DNA of 64,000 nt from Leucoraja erinacea (taxonomy: Eukaryota). This document shows, piece after piece, positions 1-12,906 of this stretch; position 1 is the first letter of the stretch; every line of letters starts with the position of its first letter. The translations under genes were made by a program, and so were the position numbers. The notes beneath the pieces are model-generated. The model did no database searches. It was not told the DNA's origin and saw nothing but the letters and a program-made list of their open reading frames with translations. The DNA is taken from contig NC_073386.1 in NCBI RefSeq assembly GCF_028641065.1, positions 27,528,001 through 27,592,000 on the forward strand, written 5' to 3'.

Positions 1-633
1 CAACTACTGATCATTATTCTCCTACCAATCCTCCTCTCCAAGGTTTGTTTAGTTCTCCATCCACTCATCTGGAGGCTTGATCACTTCCCAACTCTTTCCA
101 CATGATTGTAAACATGTATTGTCTTTCTGCTGACTGGTTAGCACGCAACAAAAGCTTTTCATTGTTCATCGGTACACATGATAATAAACTAAATTCAGCT
201 AAACTCAAACTCAAATCCATTGGCAAGTTACATGATGGAACGGACTGTTGTTTCTTTGGATATGCTGTGAAAGGGATAGATGAGGAATACAAATGGCCTT
301 TTTATTTAAAGTTGGAATAGATTCAAAAGAAATCTCAACATTTTATCATTGTGATATTTAAAGATGGAGTTTAAAAACAATGCATGTGTGATATTGAGCA
401 ATGTAATTTTTGGATGTTGCTTCCTCGCAGTTACTGGAAATTCTTTTAGAACATAAAAGCGTGCAAGCTGGTTAGAGCTCTGTTTTGAAATAGCCTGGGG
501 GAAATGAAGTCAGCTAATAAGTTATATCTTTAGCATATATATTTATATGTCTAAGAATGTTTACTTTATTTCTAAAACAGTGATCCTGGTTTGTTGTTAA
601 TTATCATTTCTTTTCACTGTTTTCATGCTGAAG

Positions 634-719
634 AATTCTACTGATGACATAGATTATCATTCAGGCAGAAGATCTGTCTCGTCTATGGATTCAATGTATG
701 ATACAACAGATCATCTCAG
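634..719 (+). CDS. SPATA6: SPATA6 penultimate coding exon (NSTDDIDYHSGRRSVSSMDSMYDTTDHL-S)
   Basis: Pyrimidine tract + AAG acceptor at 631-633. Open frame. AG|GTACAG donor at 720 (phase 2) matches the phase of the next exon. Resembles the human ...DSAYDSDPEYS segment as recalled. Confidence 0.7.
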
Positions 720-1117
720 GTACAGAAGGCTTTTACTATTCCTATCATTTGAAAGTCAATTTCTAAACACTTGAGCGTTGAAACTCTTTGGATGGTTTAC
801 AAATAGGAGGGGTTATATTTAGTGACTTTAACTAACCATTAACACTGACTACACAAATCGGTTATTTCCTGATCATCTAAATATACCAATTACAAACCTA
901 TTTTCTTTATTACTATTATTACTAAATTATTACTATTAATTATTTAGAGTAAAGGAATGGATAAGGAGGAAATGGCCTGTTATTTTTCTTTTAAAATATT
1001 TTACCTACTTTACAACAAGTTATGGCATTTTGGGATGTAATTTTAACTTAAAAATTGATAAATTGTGAACATTAAATATATACCAAAATCAGATAATGAA
1101 TCTTTTTGTCCAAACAG

Positions 1118-1277
1118 TTCAGTACTCCAGCATGACACGTCTGTACATCTGGGTGATGGCGATTATTGGTCAAATCGGGCGGCTGTTTATAAAAGAAAGT
1201 CTCACAGGGCAATTTTTGAAGAAAGCCTGGAAAGGATCTATAGAAATATGTACAAGAAAGCTGCAGCTAAATCATAA
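1118..1277 (+). CDS. SPATA6: SPATA6 last coding exon (SVLQHDTSVHLGDGDYWSNRAAVYKRKSHRAIFEESLERIYRNMYKKAAAKS*)
   Basis: tttttgtccaaacAG acceptor; TAA at 1275-1277. Peptide matches the recalled SPATA6 C-terminus (HLDDGEYWSNRAASYKGKSHRPIFENSMDKMYRNLYKKA). SPATA6 is the convergent neighbour of SLC5A9 in human. Confidence 0.85.
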
Positions 1278-1750
1278 AAATTACATAGACCAGTATATGT
1301 AAAACTATTATTGTGTTCATAACAGATATGGTGCTTTTTCCAAAACTGTGTCTGTCCATCAGAATTGATAAATGGTGATCAATAATTACTTGTATTATTA
1401 GCATGAGTTAATACGTAGCAAGAATTAATGGTTAATAATATTTGTGATTTGTGAGTTTTTAAATAGCAAAAATGAAACTATCTGTGAATGCCCAATTAAT
1501 TCTATATTCTACATTACAACATGTGTTAGGCATGATATAATTCAATTTAATTGAGTTAACAAGATAATTAAAATAACAACAAAACCATTAATTTTGTCTC
1601 AAATGCACAGGAGATGAAAATATATTTGAAAAAATATTGTTTTTATATTGTGGCTTCCTACTTGTAAGAGTTTGAGAATGATATTTAATAACAAAGATGG
1701 TTGAAATACTCATGGCTTGATAGAGCAATACCAAGTAAATGCAAGGATCA

Positions 1751-1756
1751 AATAAA
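1751..1756 (+). promoter_or_regulatory. Candidate SPATA6 polyadenylation signal AATAAA
   Basis: AATAAA about 475 nt after the stop codon; position only. Confidence 0.35.
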
Positions 1757-1943
1757 GTATAATAGAAAAATGTTTTAAACAAAAATAATTGCCACTCAAA
1801 GGTACATTTCTTCACATTGATTAACTATGTTAAGTGAAAGGTGGACTGTAAAAGACAGCAGTATGCAATTATGGATATTGATTTCCAGGAAGTACAGTTA
1901 TAATCAAAAAATCTTATTTTGTTCCAATTACCAAATATTATGT

Positions 1944-4900
1944 TGTAGCGGGGACTCACAGGAGCCAAGAATTAGTCGAACACAAAGTTGTGAGAGTGAA
2001 ATGTATTTTATTACTACTACCATGCCACATGATCCCCCCAGAACCGGAGGCACCGAAACGGACAAGACGCCGAACGAGGCAGCCTGACCGTGTAAACACG
2101 TCCACCCGAACAGAGTCCTTGACCTGCCCGGAAGAGCATACAGGAACCCGCGACGGCGGGAGCCCGTGACGAGGAGGCTGGGTCACTTGAACCAGCTCGC
2201 TCAGGTCCAAATGGGCCAGCTTACGGTGCTCTTACCGGCCCGCGTGTCCGCTCCGGAAGGAGGCAAAACGCTAACCTCCACTCCAGTGTCCAACAGGAAC
2301 CTACGCCCCGAGCGCCGGTCCCAGGAATACAAAGGATGAATTTCGCCGACCACTGCGGTGACTACCGGCGGCCGGCTCCGGAGTTTCCCAGGAACGCACA
2401 CGGCTGGCAGCATTGGCGGGCCGTTGCCCACCAGCGTAGGTGGTAAGAGCACCACATCTTTTTCCCTGCCTCCTGTGCCACTTGCCTGGTCTGTGGCTCC
2501 GTGGAGCCTCTTGTGGGCATGGTCCTAGGACGCTGTGCCTTCCAGGGTGCTGAATTGATCCGGTCCAGGGTTTCCAGCACACCCACTTCCTGCTGGTTGG
2601 CCCGCCACAGCTCGTCAGCGCATGCCACTAGCATCAGAGGATCTTCGATGCTCTCCCCCAAGAGCTGCCTGTGGATTTTGCGCCGCAACTGGTGTAAGTA
2701 GGTGTACTCAACAGGAGGTAGGACCGGTGGTCGCCCATGAGAGCGAGCATCTCGTTCATGAGGACCGAGGATTTACGGTCGCTGAGCCCGCCCATGTTGA
2801 GAACCTGCGCCGCTCACTCCATGCGGCTCGGCCCGAAGATCCAGAGCAGCAGCTCCTTGAGGCCTGTGTACTTCCCCGCCGCTGGGGGATTATCCATGAA
2901 TGGCACGACCCGACCAGCCGTTTCCTGGTCGAGAGCGCTTACAGCGTAATGGTAACGGGTCTCGTCAACCATTATGCCACGAACGTGGAACTGCGACTTA
3001 ACCTGACGGAACCATACCCGAAGCGGGCAATCCAATTTGCCAGAAGGGCTCGAACGCACGACTGGGCGGAAGTGTCCACGAGTGGGATGGCCTCCAGCCA
3101 CCATGTAAAACGATTATCACCGTCAGTAGATGCGACACACCCTGGGAAAGCGGCAGCGGTCCCACTATGTCCATGTGTATGTACGTGGTTGAACCGCCGG
3201 TGTGGCACCGAGAAATCCTGTATCCATGCCTGGATCTGCCGATGTATCTTGGATGACTGGCACGGGATGCATGCCCGTGCCCAGTGACCGACCTGCTTCC
3301 GCACACCATGCCAGATGAATCTTGCCGCCACCATGGCAAACGTGGCCCAGATCGACGGGTGCGCCAGACCGTAGATCACCTCGAAAACACGACGGCTCCA
3401 GGCCGCCGGGACAACCGTCCGCGGCTATCCCGTGGAGACGTCGCATAATATGAAAGCATCCGAGGGACCCAACGGCATATCCTCCAACACCATTCCGGTG
3501 ATCGCGGTGCGGTAAGCTGGTATTTTCTCGTCCGTCAGCTGCTCCGCCGCCAAGGCGGTGTAGTCTATCCTGACGGCCGGGCTGAGCACGACTGCGATCA
3601 CCGGGCGGGACAAGGCATCCGTCATCGGGTTGCATTTACCGGCGATGATGTATTCGGACATGGCTGTCTGCTGGTGCTGCTTGCAAGCGGACCAAGGATC
3701 CGAGACCTTTGCAGATGCGAATGTGAGGGGCTTATGGTCTGTGAAGGCCACAAAGTGCCGGCCCTCAAGAAGTACCGGAAATGTCGCACAGCGAGATGCA
3801 AGGCGAGCAACTCCCAGTCAAAGGCACTGTAGCGACACTCCGCTGGGTTCAGCTGTCTGCTGAAGAAGGCTAGAGACTACCATTGACCGTCGAAGCACTG
3901 CTCCAGTACCGCGCCGACTGCTGAGTCCGAGGTATTCACGGTAAGAGCTGTGGGGGCGTCTGTTCGCGGGTGCACCAGCATGACCGCCCAAGCCAGGGCA
4001 TCCTTTGCCCCTTTGAACGCTGCCACGGTGACTGCGTCCCAATGGACCTCCCGCCGCTTGCCAGACAGCAGTTGGAACAGCGGCCGCATGATCTTAGCCG
4101 CCGCCGGAATGAACCGATGATAGAAAGTCACCATGCCTATGAACTCCTGAAGTCCTCGCACCGTGGAAGGCTGTGGGAACTGACGTATGGCCTCGACCCT
4201 GTCCGGCGGAGGCACTTCTCCGTGCCGGATCTCGTGGTGCCCTAGAAAGTCAATGGCCCGGAGGCTGAACTGACACTTGCTGGGGTTGACCACGAGGCTA
4301 TGCTCGCTAAGGTGCTGGCACGACAAACAAAGGTGGACGCAGTGCTCCTGCCACATGCGACTAGCCACCAGGATGTAGTCCAAGTAATTAAAGATGAAAT
4401 CCAATCCCCGACTCACCGTGTCCATGAGGCGCTGGAAAGCCTGCGCGCCGTTCTTGAGGCCGAAAGGCATCCGCAGGAATTCAAACAACCCAAACGGGGT
4501 GATGACCGCAGTTTTAGGGACATCCTCCGATCGCATGGGGATTTGGTGGTACCCGTGGACTAAGTCGATCTTCGAGAAAAACTTAGTCCCGGCCAGATGG
4601 TTTGTAAAGTCCTGAATGTGGGGAATCGGATACCTGTCGGCAGTCGCATCCTCATTAAGGCAGCGATACTTCCCACGAGGCCGCCAGCCCCCAGAAGCCT
4701 TCGGCACCATGTGAAGCGGGGAGCCCCATCTTTCCCGGATTACAATCCTGGTCGTCGGGGTCACCAGTGTAGCGGGGACTCACAGGAGTCCAGCCAAGAA
4801 TTAGTCGAACACAAAGTTGTGAGAACGAAATGCATTTTATTACTACTACCGTGCTGCTCCCTACTCCAACCACGTGCACGGATGTTACCCGACCTTAAAT

Positions 4901-5010
4901 ACCCAGGGCAAGACCCCGTGAGCCTATGCCTCCCACTCCCAAGATGCTCAACCCCTCCCTCCTGAGCCAAGGGTCACTATGCCCATGGTTAGCCACCAGG
5001 TGCCGCCACA
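1944..5010 (-). mobile_element. Gypsy/Ty3 LTR retrotransposon, degenerate and internally rearranged
   Basis: TG...CA termini and 4-bp TSD ATGT (1940-1943 / 5011-5014). 5' LTR 4768-5010; internally deleted 3' LTR 1944-2029. PBS TGGTGACCCCGACG (tRNA-Trp type) next to the 5' LTR; PPT-like purine run near 2030-2040. RT (SPLHMVPK...FLRMPFGLKN...YLDYILV), RNase H, integrase, gag and protease (LLDTG) fragments. Confidence 0.93.
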
Positions 5011-5559
5011 ATGTATTAATATTTGTCATTTTATAATTCCCTGTAAGATATACATACTTGTTATTAGCATTTTCAATTTATGGAGTTTGTTTTGCTTTGA
5101 CCCAGGTTTTAAAGTTGATGTAACATAATTGGCACCTGTAATTACCACTGTTTCACTGTGAAACTGACAACAATTTCAAATTTCCACATGTACGGTTTAA
5201 TGTGGGCGTGGGTGATTTAGATTCCACCGACTTAACCAGTTTTGCATTTATTTTATAATGTCAGTTAATTACGTTAATGGCACTATAAAATGCTAAAAAA
5301 TGTAATATTATGAGATCTAAGTTAAATGGCTGACATCATTATTAGCAATCAATAAACTTACTGGGCCTAAAATATACTGATTTTACGTATATGGATTGTA
5401 ATTTCCATACCTAAATATTTAACAATATAATGCCACATAGAATTTATTTTTCATGGCGTTTGTTTGTGATATTTAATCTTATACTATAATTTTTTTTATG
5501 CGTGTAACATATTTAAAATATTTGTTAAAAATTATGTAAATTTCCAATTCATGCATGTT

Positions 5560-6170
5560 GTCTCCGAAAATTCTTTTGTTGGCTGCTCAGGCACCTTGAT
5601 AAATTGCAGCAACTCATCGCCAGAGACCTTATTTAACTGAGACTTGATGGCAAATAACGTTACAAAAAGGAAAGCCTGCAATCCCAAGATTGCTGAATCT
5701 TTGTGTGTTGTGTGTGGATTTCTTTTTTGGCAACAGCAAGCTGTGTCACTTAGCTGCTGCTCACATAATTAAAGGCTTCATAATTTCATCATTATGAAAA
5801 TTCAAAGTACATTTTTCCCCTTCTAATAGCTGTTTTTGCAGTTTCATAAAGTCTTTAATGCTCTTCATCTTCAACATCGATGCAAGCAAGTGTGTTATCA
5901 TCCTCATTATTTTAAGCTGAAGTTGATTATTAAGGGCCACCAATTTATCATATCTATTAAGTAGGAAATCATGAACAAAGTTAGGGAAATGATTCTGCCC
6001 TGCACTGGTCATACCTTTTTGCTTTACCTCAGCCCAAACATCTGCAATATTTGTCACTGCATTGTAGATGTTGCATGCTTCCAAAATTCCCTTTGAAGTC
6101 TTGCCTTCAGATGCATCAGTAAATTTAACAGCTTGCAAAAATGTCGTAAATACTTCAAAAGGTGCAATTA
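5560..6170 (-). mobile_element. Degenerate Tigger/pogo transposase fragment
   Basis: ORF 5761-6138 peptide NIYNAVTNIADVWAEVKQKGMTSAGQNHFPNFVHDF resembles the Tigger1/TIGD DDE C-terminal region. Boundaries approximate. Confidence 0.55.
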
Positions 6171-6256
6171 TAGTTTAATTTAGTTTAGAGATACAGCATG
6201 GAAACATGCACTTCGGCCCACGGATTCTGCCCTGACCAGCAATCCTCACACACTAA

Positions 6257-6491
6257 AGGGCCTGTCCCACTTGGCGATTATTTCGGCGACTGTTGGCATC
6301 ATTGACTGACAAACCAGGTCACCGAAAAAGACGCGGCGTGACGACGTATTGAAGCGCGGTGTTTCCTCAAGTGTCGCAACATTTTTGTTGTCGCCGCAGG
6401 ATTTTAAAATGTTTCAAATCTTTCGGCGATCTGATACGTCAGTCAATGATGCCGGCAGTCGCCGAAAAAATCGCCAAGTGGGACAGGCCCT
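6257..6491. mobile_element. PIF/Harbinger-type MITE
   Basis: TIR AGGGCCTGTCCCACTTGGCGATT...AATCGCCAAGTGGGACAGGCCCT; TAA TSD (6254-6256 / 6492-6494). Confidence 0.85.
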
Positions 6492-6513
6492 TAACACTAT
6501 CATACACACACTA

Positions 6514-6646
6514 ATGAAATGAAATGAAATGATTCAATTTATTGTCATTGTCAGTGTACAGTACAGAGACAACGAAATGCATTTTTAGCATCTCCCTTGA
6601 AAGGGAGACACAGGGCGTCGCGGTGTGCCCGCGCCTGCCGCCGTAA
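6514..6646 (-). mobile_element. Short non-LTR retroelement 3' end (Rex1/Babar-type tail, GACAATAAA + (TTTCA)n)
   Basis: Microsatellite tail and AATAAA end shared with 14104-14351 and 59916-60372; inserted into the SINE with ACTA on both sides. Confidence 0.5.
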
Positions 6647-8730
6647 CTAGGGACAATTTACAATTAGCCTACAAACCGGAAAGTCTTTGGAGTGTTGGGG
6701 GAAACAGGTGCTCCCGGAGAAAACCCATGCTGGTCACTGGGGGAACGTACAAACTCCATACCGACAGCACCCATAGCCAGGATCAAACAAATTGAAAATG
6801 ATACAAAACTGACACAATGTTTGTAAAGAATAAAGCTGCTTTCAATATGGTGTTCTCAAGATGATTGGTGTTGGTAGGGGAGGCTTGAGTTGTATTCCCA
6901 TCAAATGTTCTTATTCTCTCAGTTGAAGTTGATAGGAACGAATGTGTGTACAAACGTCAAACATTTGGGACTTGTGAAAGTGTTAAAATTAAGCTTGCAT
7001 ATATGTACAGAATGTTCATAAGTTGGGCATTTGTAACCCAGGGCAAACTGCACTGAGAATGGTTTTCTCATTATACTGTTATTTATACAGAAAAATAAAA
7101 TAGATTGTAGTTTTCTGTAATAATGAAAACTGCATGTAATGGAGACATATTACTTTGACTTCATACAGTCCGAGGAATTTTAAAACTTGATCATGAAGCG
7201 GTCTTTATTTTAAAAGAAAAAAGTATCAGGATAGGAAGTTATGATAATTTTTTTCTATGTCATCAGCACTGGTTTATATTTTTCTTGAATCTGCGCTACC
7301 CACTGATCCATAATGTTTATTATATTGTGTGCAGAATAACTGCCCGGTTAGACTGTTAGTTTATTCTGAGGAGAAGAGATAAATACTTTTCCAAAACTAC
7401 ATAATGCAGAGAATTTACTAAATTTGATATCAAGCTAAAAGTTTTATGGGCCGTAAAAAAGTGCTGAATTGCTACTCTGTGAGGTTCCTGTGCCATCTAC
7501 TAATTGCTGTTAGTAAATGATTCTTGTGCATGCCGCAAACATTATGTACTGATTGTGGTTATCAACACATAAGTGCTCTTAATCATGGAGTAAGTTCAGG
7601 AGTTCCACAAACCTGAAAAGTGGATCAATGCTAATTGAAATCATTCAAGCAACTCCTGAAGGGAACTGACCACAATAACGTCATTACCACTTCAAGATAT
7701 ACTTTTTCATCTTTGGGAGCAATCACGACAGCAGTGCCATGAAGCACCATGGAATGGGCACTCCACGTTACATACAGATTTGGAAATCTTGAGAGTGCCC
7801 ATCACTTAAACAATGGTGCACGAAAAGTCATCTCAGATCTCACACGATACACCCACTTACAACTCTTCCATCAGGGTAGCTATATACACCTAATATAGCC
7901 CACATCACAATCCCCATTCCCCTCTCTTCCAGGAGCCTGTAGGAGAGATACTATCTCACGCACAGGTTTCATCATTTGGATGAGAGGGTTATTGTAATCA
8001 CAGGTTTGGCTGCTACTGCGTCAGCAACCAATCATGGATTGGAGAACACAAGAAGGATGATATGCTCATATCCATCTTCTAGCTCACTTTTATCCTACAA
8101 TCAGTTCTGCAATAGAGAATCGAACATGGAAACATTAGCTAGTTTTATGTCAACCCTTGGGACCCATTAGAGGGGCAGTATATGATGTCAGTGTTCACAG
8201 CCTCTGCTGCAGAAGAGGCCAAGAGCTGAACCTGAAGTTCTGAGTTCTGCCAGTCAAGCAGGCTCAGCTTGCTCCCATACAAGCTCAGGCTGCATCAACT
8301 TTAAAATCCACTGCTGTGGCTTTCAAGGCTGTGTTAGCATGCCAACAGGTTGCAAAGTGAGCTGAAGCACCTCCCAAGAGGAGAGTCAGTAGCACCATCC
8401 TGTACATATTTCCTGTCAGCACAACAGTTGACAGCCTCTGCTCACACCTTTGCTACACTGATCATCCTCACAGTTATTATCAGCCTGTTTAAGCTGAATC
8501 CCCGTCTAAGAGCTGCTTGTGGCCATGTTTATTGCTTATTGTCAACCTACAGCTCTCCAAGGGAGCAACCATTCACTAGCTCAAATGTAACCAATGTGCA
8601 CTACATAGAACAAAAACATGCTTATAGGAAGGCTCACCATGATTGGACACACAAATTGCAACATTGTGAACAGATGAGTACACAGGATGGGAAAATGTGA
8701 GCTTGGCATCTATCTTATATATGTTAACCT

Positions 8731-9625
8731 AATAATAATAATAATACATTTTATTTATGGGTGCCTTTCAAGAGTCTCAAGGACACCTTACAAAAATTTA
8801 GCAGGTAGAAGAAAAACATGTAAGGGGATTTAAATAAATAGTAGAGACATGACTAGTACACAAAGTAAAGACATAATTCAATACAAAACACAGTATGAGG
8901 CAATTAATGCACAGATGAAAAGGGACGGCACGTGGGGCTAAGGATAGGCAGAGGTGGGTCTTGAGGCGGGACTGGAAGATGTTGAGGGACACGGAATTGC
9001 GGATCAGTTGGGGGAGGGAGTTCCAGAGCCTGGGAGCTGCCCTGGAGAAGGCTCTGTCCCCAAAACTGCGGAGGTTGGACTTGTGGATGGAGAGGAGACC
9101 AGCTGATGTGGATCTGAGGGACCATGAGGGTTGGTAGGGGGAGAGGAGGTCAGTGAGATATGGGGGGGGCCAGATGGTGGAGGGCTTTGTAGGTGAGGAT
9201 CAGGATTTTGTAGGTGATCCGGTGGGAGATGGGAAGCCAGTGAAGTTGTTTGAGGACTGGAGTGGTGTGATGCCAGGATTTGGTATGGGTGATGAGTCGG
9301 GCGGCTGCGTTCTGGACCAGTTGGAGTCGGTTGATGTAGGTGGAGCTGATGCCAAGGAGAAGTGAGTTGCAGTAGTCCAGTCGGAAGGAGATGAAGGCAT
9401 GGAAGAGTCTTTCAGCAGCGGGCGGTGTGAGAGAGGGCCTGAGTTTGGCGATGTTGCGGAGATGAAAGAAGGAGGTTTTAATGACATGGCGGATGTGAGG
9501 CTCAAGGGAGGGGCCTGGGGAGACAGTGGTGCCGTCGATGGTGAGAGTGGGGTTATTGATTTTGTTGAGTGTGGTTTTGGAGTCTATGAGGAGGAATTCT
9601 GTCTAATCGCTGTTGAGTTTGAGGA
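8731..9625 (-). mobile_element. L2-clade LINE 3' fragment
   Basis: Minus-strand translation FFHLRNIAKLRP...RLDYCNSLL...LQLVQNAAARLI...HITPVLKQLHWLP, the typical L2 RT C-terminus; (TTA)n tail at 8731. Confidence 0.85.
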
Positions 9626-10119
9626 AATTATGGGGTTTTTATAGCTGACAAACAGGAGTTGATTTTTGGGGGGGATTTTGCCAAGTGTCTGGGTTTCAGC
9701 GTAACAGACAGATTGAAGTGGCGGAGCATCTGACCAAGGGGGAGGATGTAGATGATGAAGAGGAGGGGACCACTTCACATGCCTACACAGGTGACAACTG
9801 GCCATACCTTTCCAGGTGTAACGAGTTGAGACCTCCTTGTAATTTCATGAAGTTTTCATAAGTTGCTGCCATCTAGTTGAAAAATGACCAATATTCCAGA
9901 ACTATCGTGTAAGGTCAGAGTGATTCGCAATGCTTTCTGTGCTAATTGAGATAGAGTGTTGATCAGTGTGTTGCAAGTGGCACAGAGGCAAGTAGAAAGT
10001 ATTGTTCACTCACCACAGTTTCCTTTATGATCTAATACATGATCTTCTAGTCAAGTAATTAAGAGTCTAGTTGAGGTAATTTTCTGAGGAATTTTCAGAT
10101 GTTGCAGTTTGAAGAAAAA

Positions 10120-10490
10120 TGTATCTATTTTCCAGGGTGGAAAATGTCATATACTAGAGGCCATAAAGATAATAGAGGCAAAGCTCAAAGGAGATGTGCA
10201 GCATGTTTTTTTACACAGAGGGTGGCGAATACCTGGAATTGACTGCCAAGTGTGATGGTAGAGGCAGATACGATGCTGTTGTTTAAGACGGTTTTACATG
10301 ATCATATGGATTTGTCAGGAATGGAGGCATATGGATCATGAATGGCGGTGCAGGCTCGAAGGGCCGAATGGCCTACTCCTGCACCTAATTTCTATGTTTC
10401 TATGTAGGCAGAAGAGGTTAATTTACGTAGACGTTTTGTTCGGCATAGACATTGTGGGCCAAAGCACCTAATCTTGTGTTGTACATTTCT
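10120..10490 (+). mobile_element. Old CR1 3' fragments (nested)
   Basis: CR1 3' motifs (ttttacacagagggtgg, gggccgaatggcctactcctgcacctaatttctatgtttctatgt). Confidence 0.7.
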
Positions 10491-11011
10491 ATAGAAACAT
10501 AGAAATCAGGTGCAGGAGGAGGCCATTCGGCCCTTCGAGCCTGCACCGCCATTCAATATGATCATGGCTGATCATCCAACTCAGTATCCCGTACCTGCCT
10601 TCTCTCCATACCCCCTGATCCCCTTAGCCACAAGGGCCACATCTAACTCCCTCTTAAATATAGCCAATGAACTGGCCTCAACTACCCTCTGTGGCAGAGA
10701 GTTCCAGAGATTCACCACTCTCTGTGTGAAAAAAAGTTCTTCTCATCTCGGTTTTTAAAGATTTCCCCCCTTATCCTTAAGCTGTGACCCCTTGTCCTGG
10801 ACCTCCCTAACATCGGGAACAATCTTCCTGCATCTAGCCTGTCCAACCCCTTAAGAATTTTGTAAGTTTCTATAAGATCCCCTCTCAATCTCCTAAATTC
10901 TAGAGAGTATAAACCAAGTCTATCCAGTCTTTCTTCATAAGACAGTCCTGACATCCCAGGAATCAGTCTGGTGAACCGTCTCTGCACTCCCTCTATGGCA
11001 ATAATGTCCTT
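10491..11011 (-). mobile_element. Young CR1 LINE 3' end
   Basis: [46 protein letters not shown]; near-identical to 21946-23021 and 61677-63180. Confidence 0.9.
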
Positions 11012-12906
11012 CTATGTTCTCTGTAATGCTGTTGCTGCTGAATGCCAAAAGAAAATAGTGGGACATGTTTATGGCATAGGTTCTTTGATTGTTACCACTC
11101 ACCAGAGAATTCCAGAGACAAATGGAATTGATCGGTAGTCTTAAATGCTGGTTTTAAAAACGCAGTGCAGTATTCTGAAAGCAAAGTGCAAGTTCTGCAT
11201 TGGTTTTTTTTCCTGTCATAGAATCTTTATCAGTAAAAATAAAGAACAGTATTTCCATATTGAGATTAGGGACATGTTAATTTTCAATGATTAAAACCAC
11301 AACTGCAGGCTCTACGTATAATGCAGCTTCTCACTGTTACAGAAAAGCATTACGACTAACAGTATGAATTGGAGGTTGATTAGATTTGATGCTTGATTAG
11401 TTTTATACTTGATTCTTTGCCATTCTGCTGGCAGTGGCTGCTACATACTCCAGCCAGGTGCAACGTTGTCCTTACATGGAATGAGTTAATATTGAGATAT
11501 TGAATAGTCTTCTTTGTTTTCAGTCATCGTTAGAAATATCTGCACTCTTGTGAAAGATTGATTTCCTTAAAATTAGTATCATGACTATAGTCTGATTGTT
11601 GATGTTTTAGAGGAAACCATTCAATTGACTTGTTCAACCGCAGCTTGGAGTTTATTAACGATATTAACAATCCATGTATAAATTGCAATTATAAATTTAT
11701 AATATTGCAATTTTTATGCAATTTCAAATTTGTTTAATTGAATTAAAGTAATTTGCTGTTGTGCACTTGAAACTTTTTATATGGCAACATTTAATATTTT
11801 TAAATAAAGTACAAATTTGTCAAGAAATTTAGCTTAATTGTCATAGTTTATAAATTTAAGTATGTCTGTTATTAAAATTAATTTTAATTCTTGGCCTACT
11901 TTTCTCTGATTTTAACTATTTGGTTGCATATATTAAAATACATTTTGTACACCATACATCCACTATTATTTGATATTCAATTTCATGTTCAGTGGCATTC
12001 CCCTCCTGAGTCTTTAGTCAAAAGTATTCTGGAAAGATCTTCACCACACAGACTGAAGTGATTCAACATGGCCACCAATACCTGCTGAAAAGATGCCTGG
12101 AATGCGCAATCAATGCCAATCTCATCAATGAGACTCTTAACTTTAGAGTGAACTAAATTAATATTTTCAGTCTTTTGGTCCAATGAAAATAGTGTTTGTC
12201 TCCATAGTTTATTGTCATTTCTAATCCTGGCATTATCTAGATGAATATACATCAACAATCCATATAGTGTACTATCGACGTCATAAATGGTACTTGCCGA
12301 TTTTTGTTTTACCCAATGAAAACATTCTGAAAGAGCTCAGATGTTTAATTTTATGTAGGAATATGTGGGTTGTTGAACATGCAGGTAGGATCAGGGATAA
12401 AAAAATTGCAAAAAAAGCATTGTCTTTGTTTTCCAGACCATTTGACCTGTTTGTTGATTTCTATTATTGCTCAGTGAAGGCATACTTTAAAAACAAATGA
12501 ACAAGATACCAGCAGGTAGATATTCTCAGTCAAGCATTTTCCTCAATGACAGATTAATTTCAAATTGTGTTTATAATAGTTTGTAACCATTTATAGATGA
12601 TTCAATATGATCTGTAAGTATATAATTTTTACCCAATTGATTGTATTTTTGGACATTGAAATTTAATGATTTAATGTTGTAATAAGAATTCTTAATAGGT
12701 CCTAGGTTATAACGTTTGCTTAGAATTAGCTTAGGAAAGCTTTACATTAAATGCTTTAAATGTAACTTGTGGAAAGTATGGCTTTTTTTTACTCTGGCAA
12801 AAATACTGTCATAATATTTTGCTCATTCCCTTGATCTGCAAGGAGTTTGGGGATATTAGAAGATATTAGAAGATATTACAACAACTTTGCTGGGCATTTT
12901 TACTTC

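Larger units (their letters stand above)
6174..6785 (-). mobile_element. HE1/V-SINE-like SINE interrupted by two insertions
   Basis: Same (TTTAG)n tail and body as the 12907-13197 SINE; split by a MITE (6257-6491) and a short retroelement end (6514-6646). Confidence 0.75.

Noticed and set aside
7740-8700. Moderately GC-rich stretch with ORFs of 64 and 116 aa
   Set aside because: No recognisable protein motifs or consistent splice structure; probably an old repeat.
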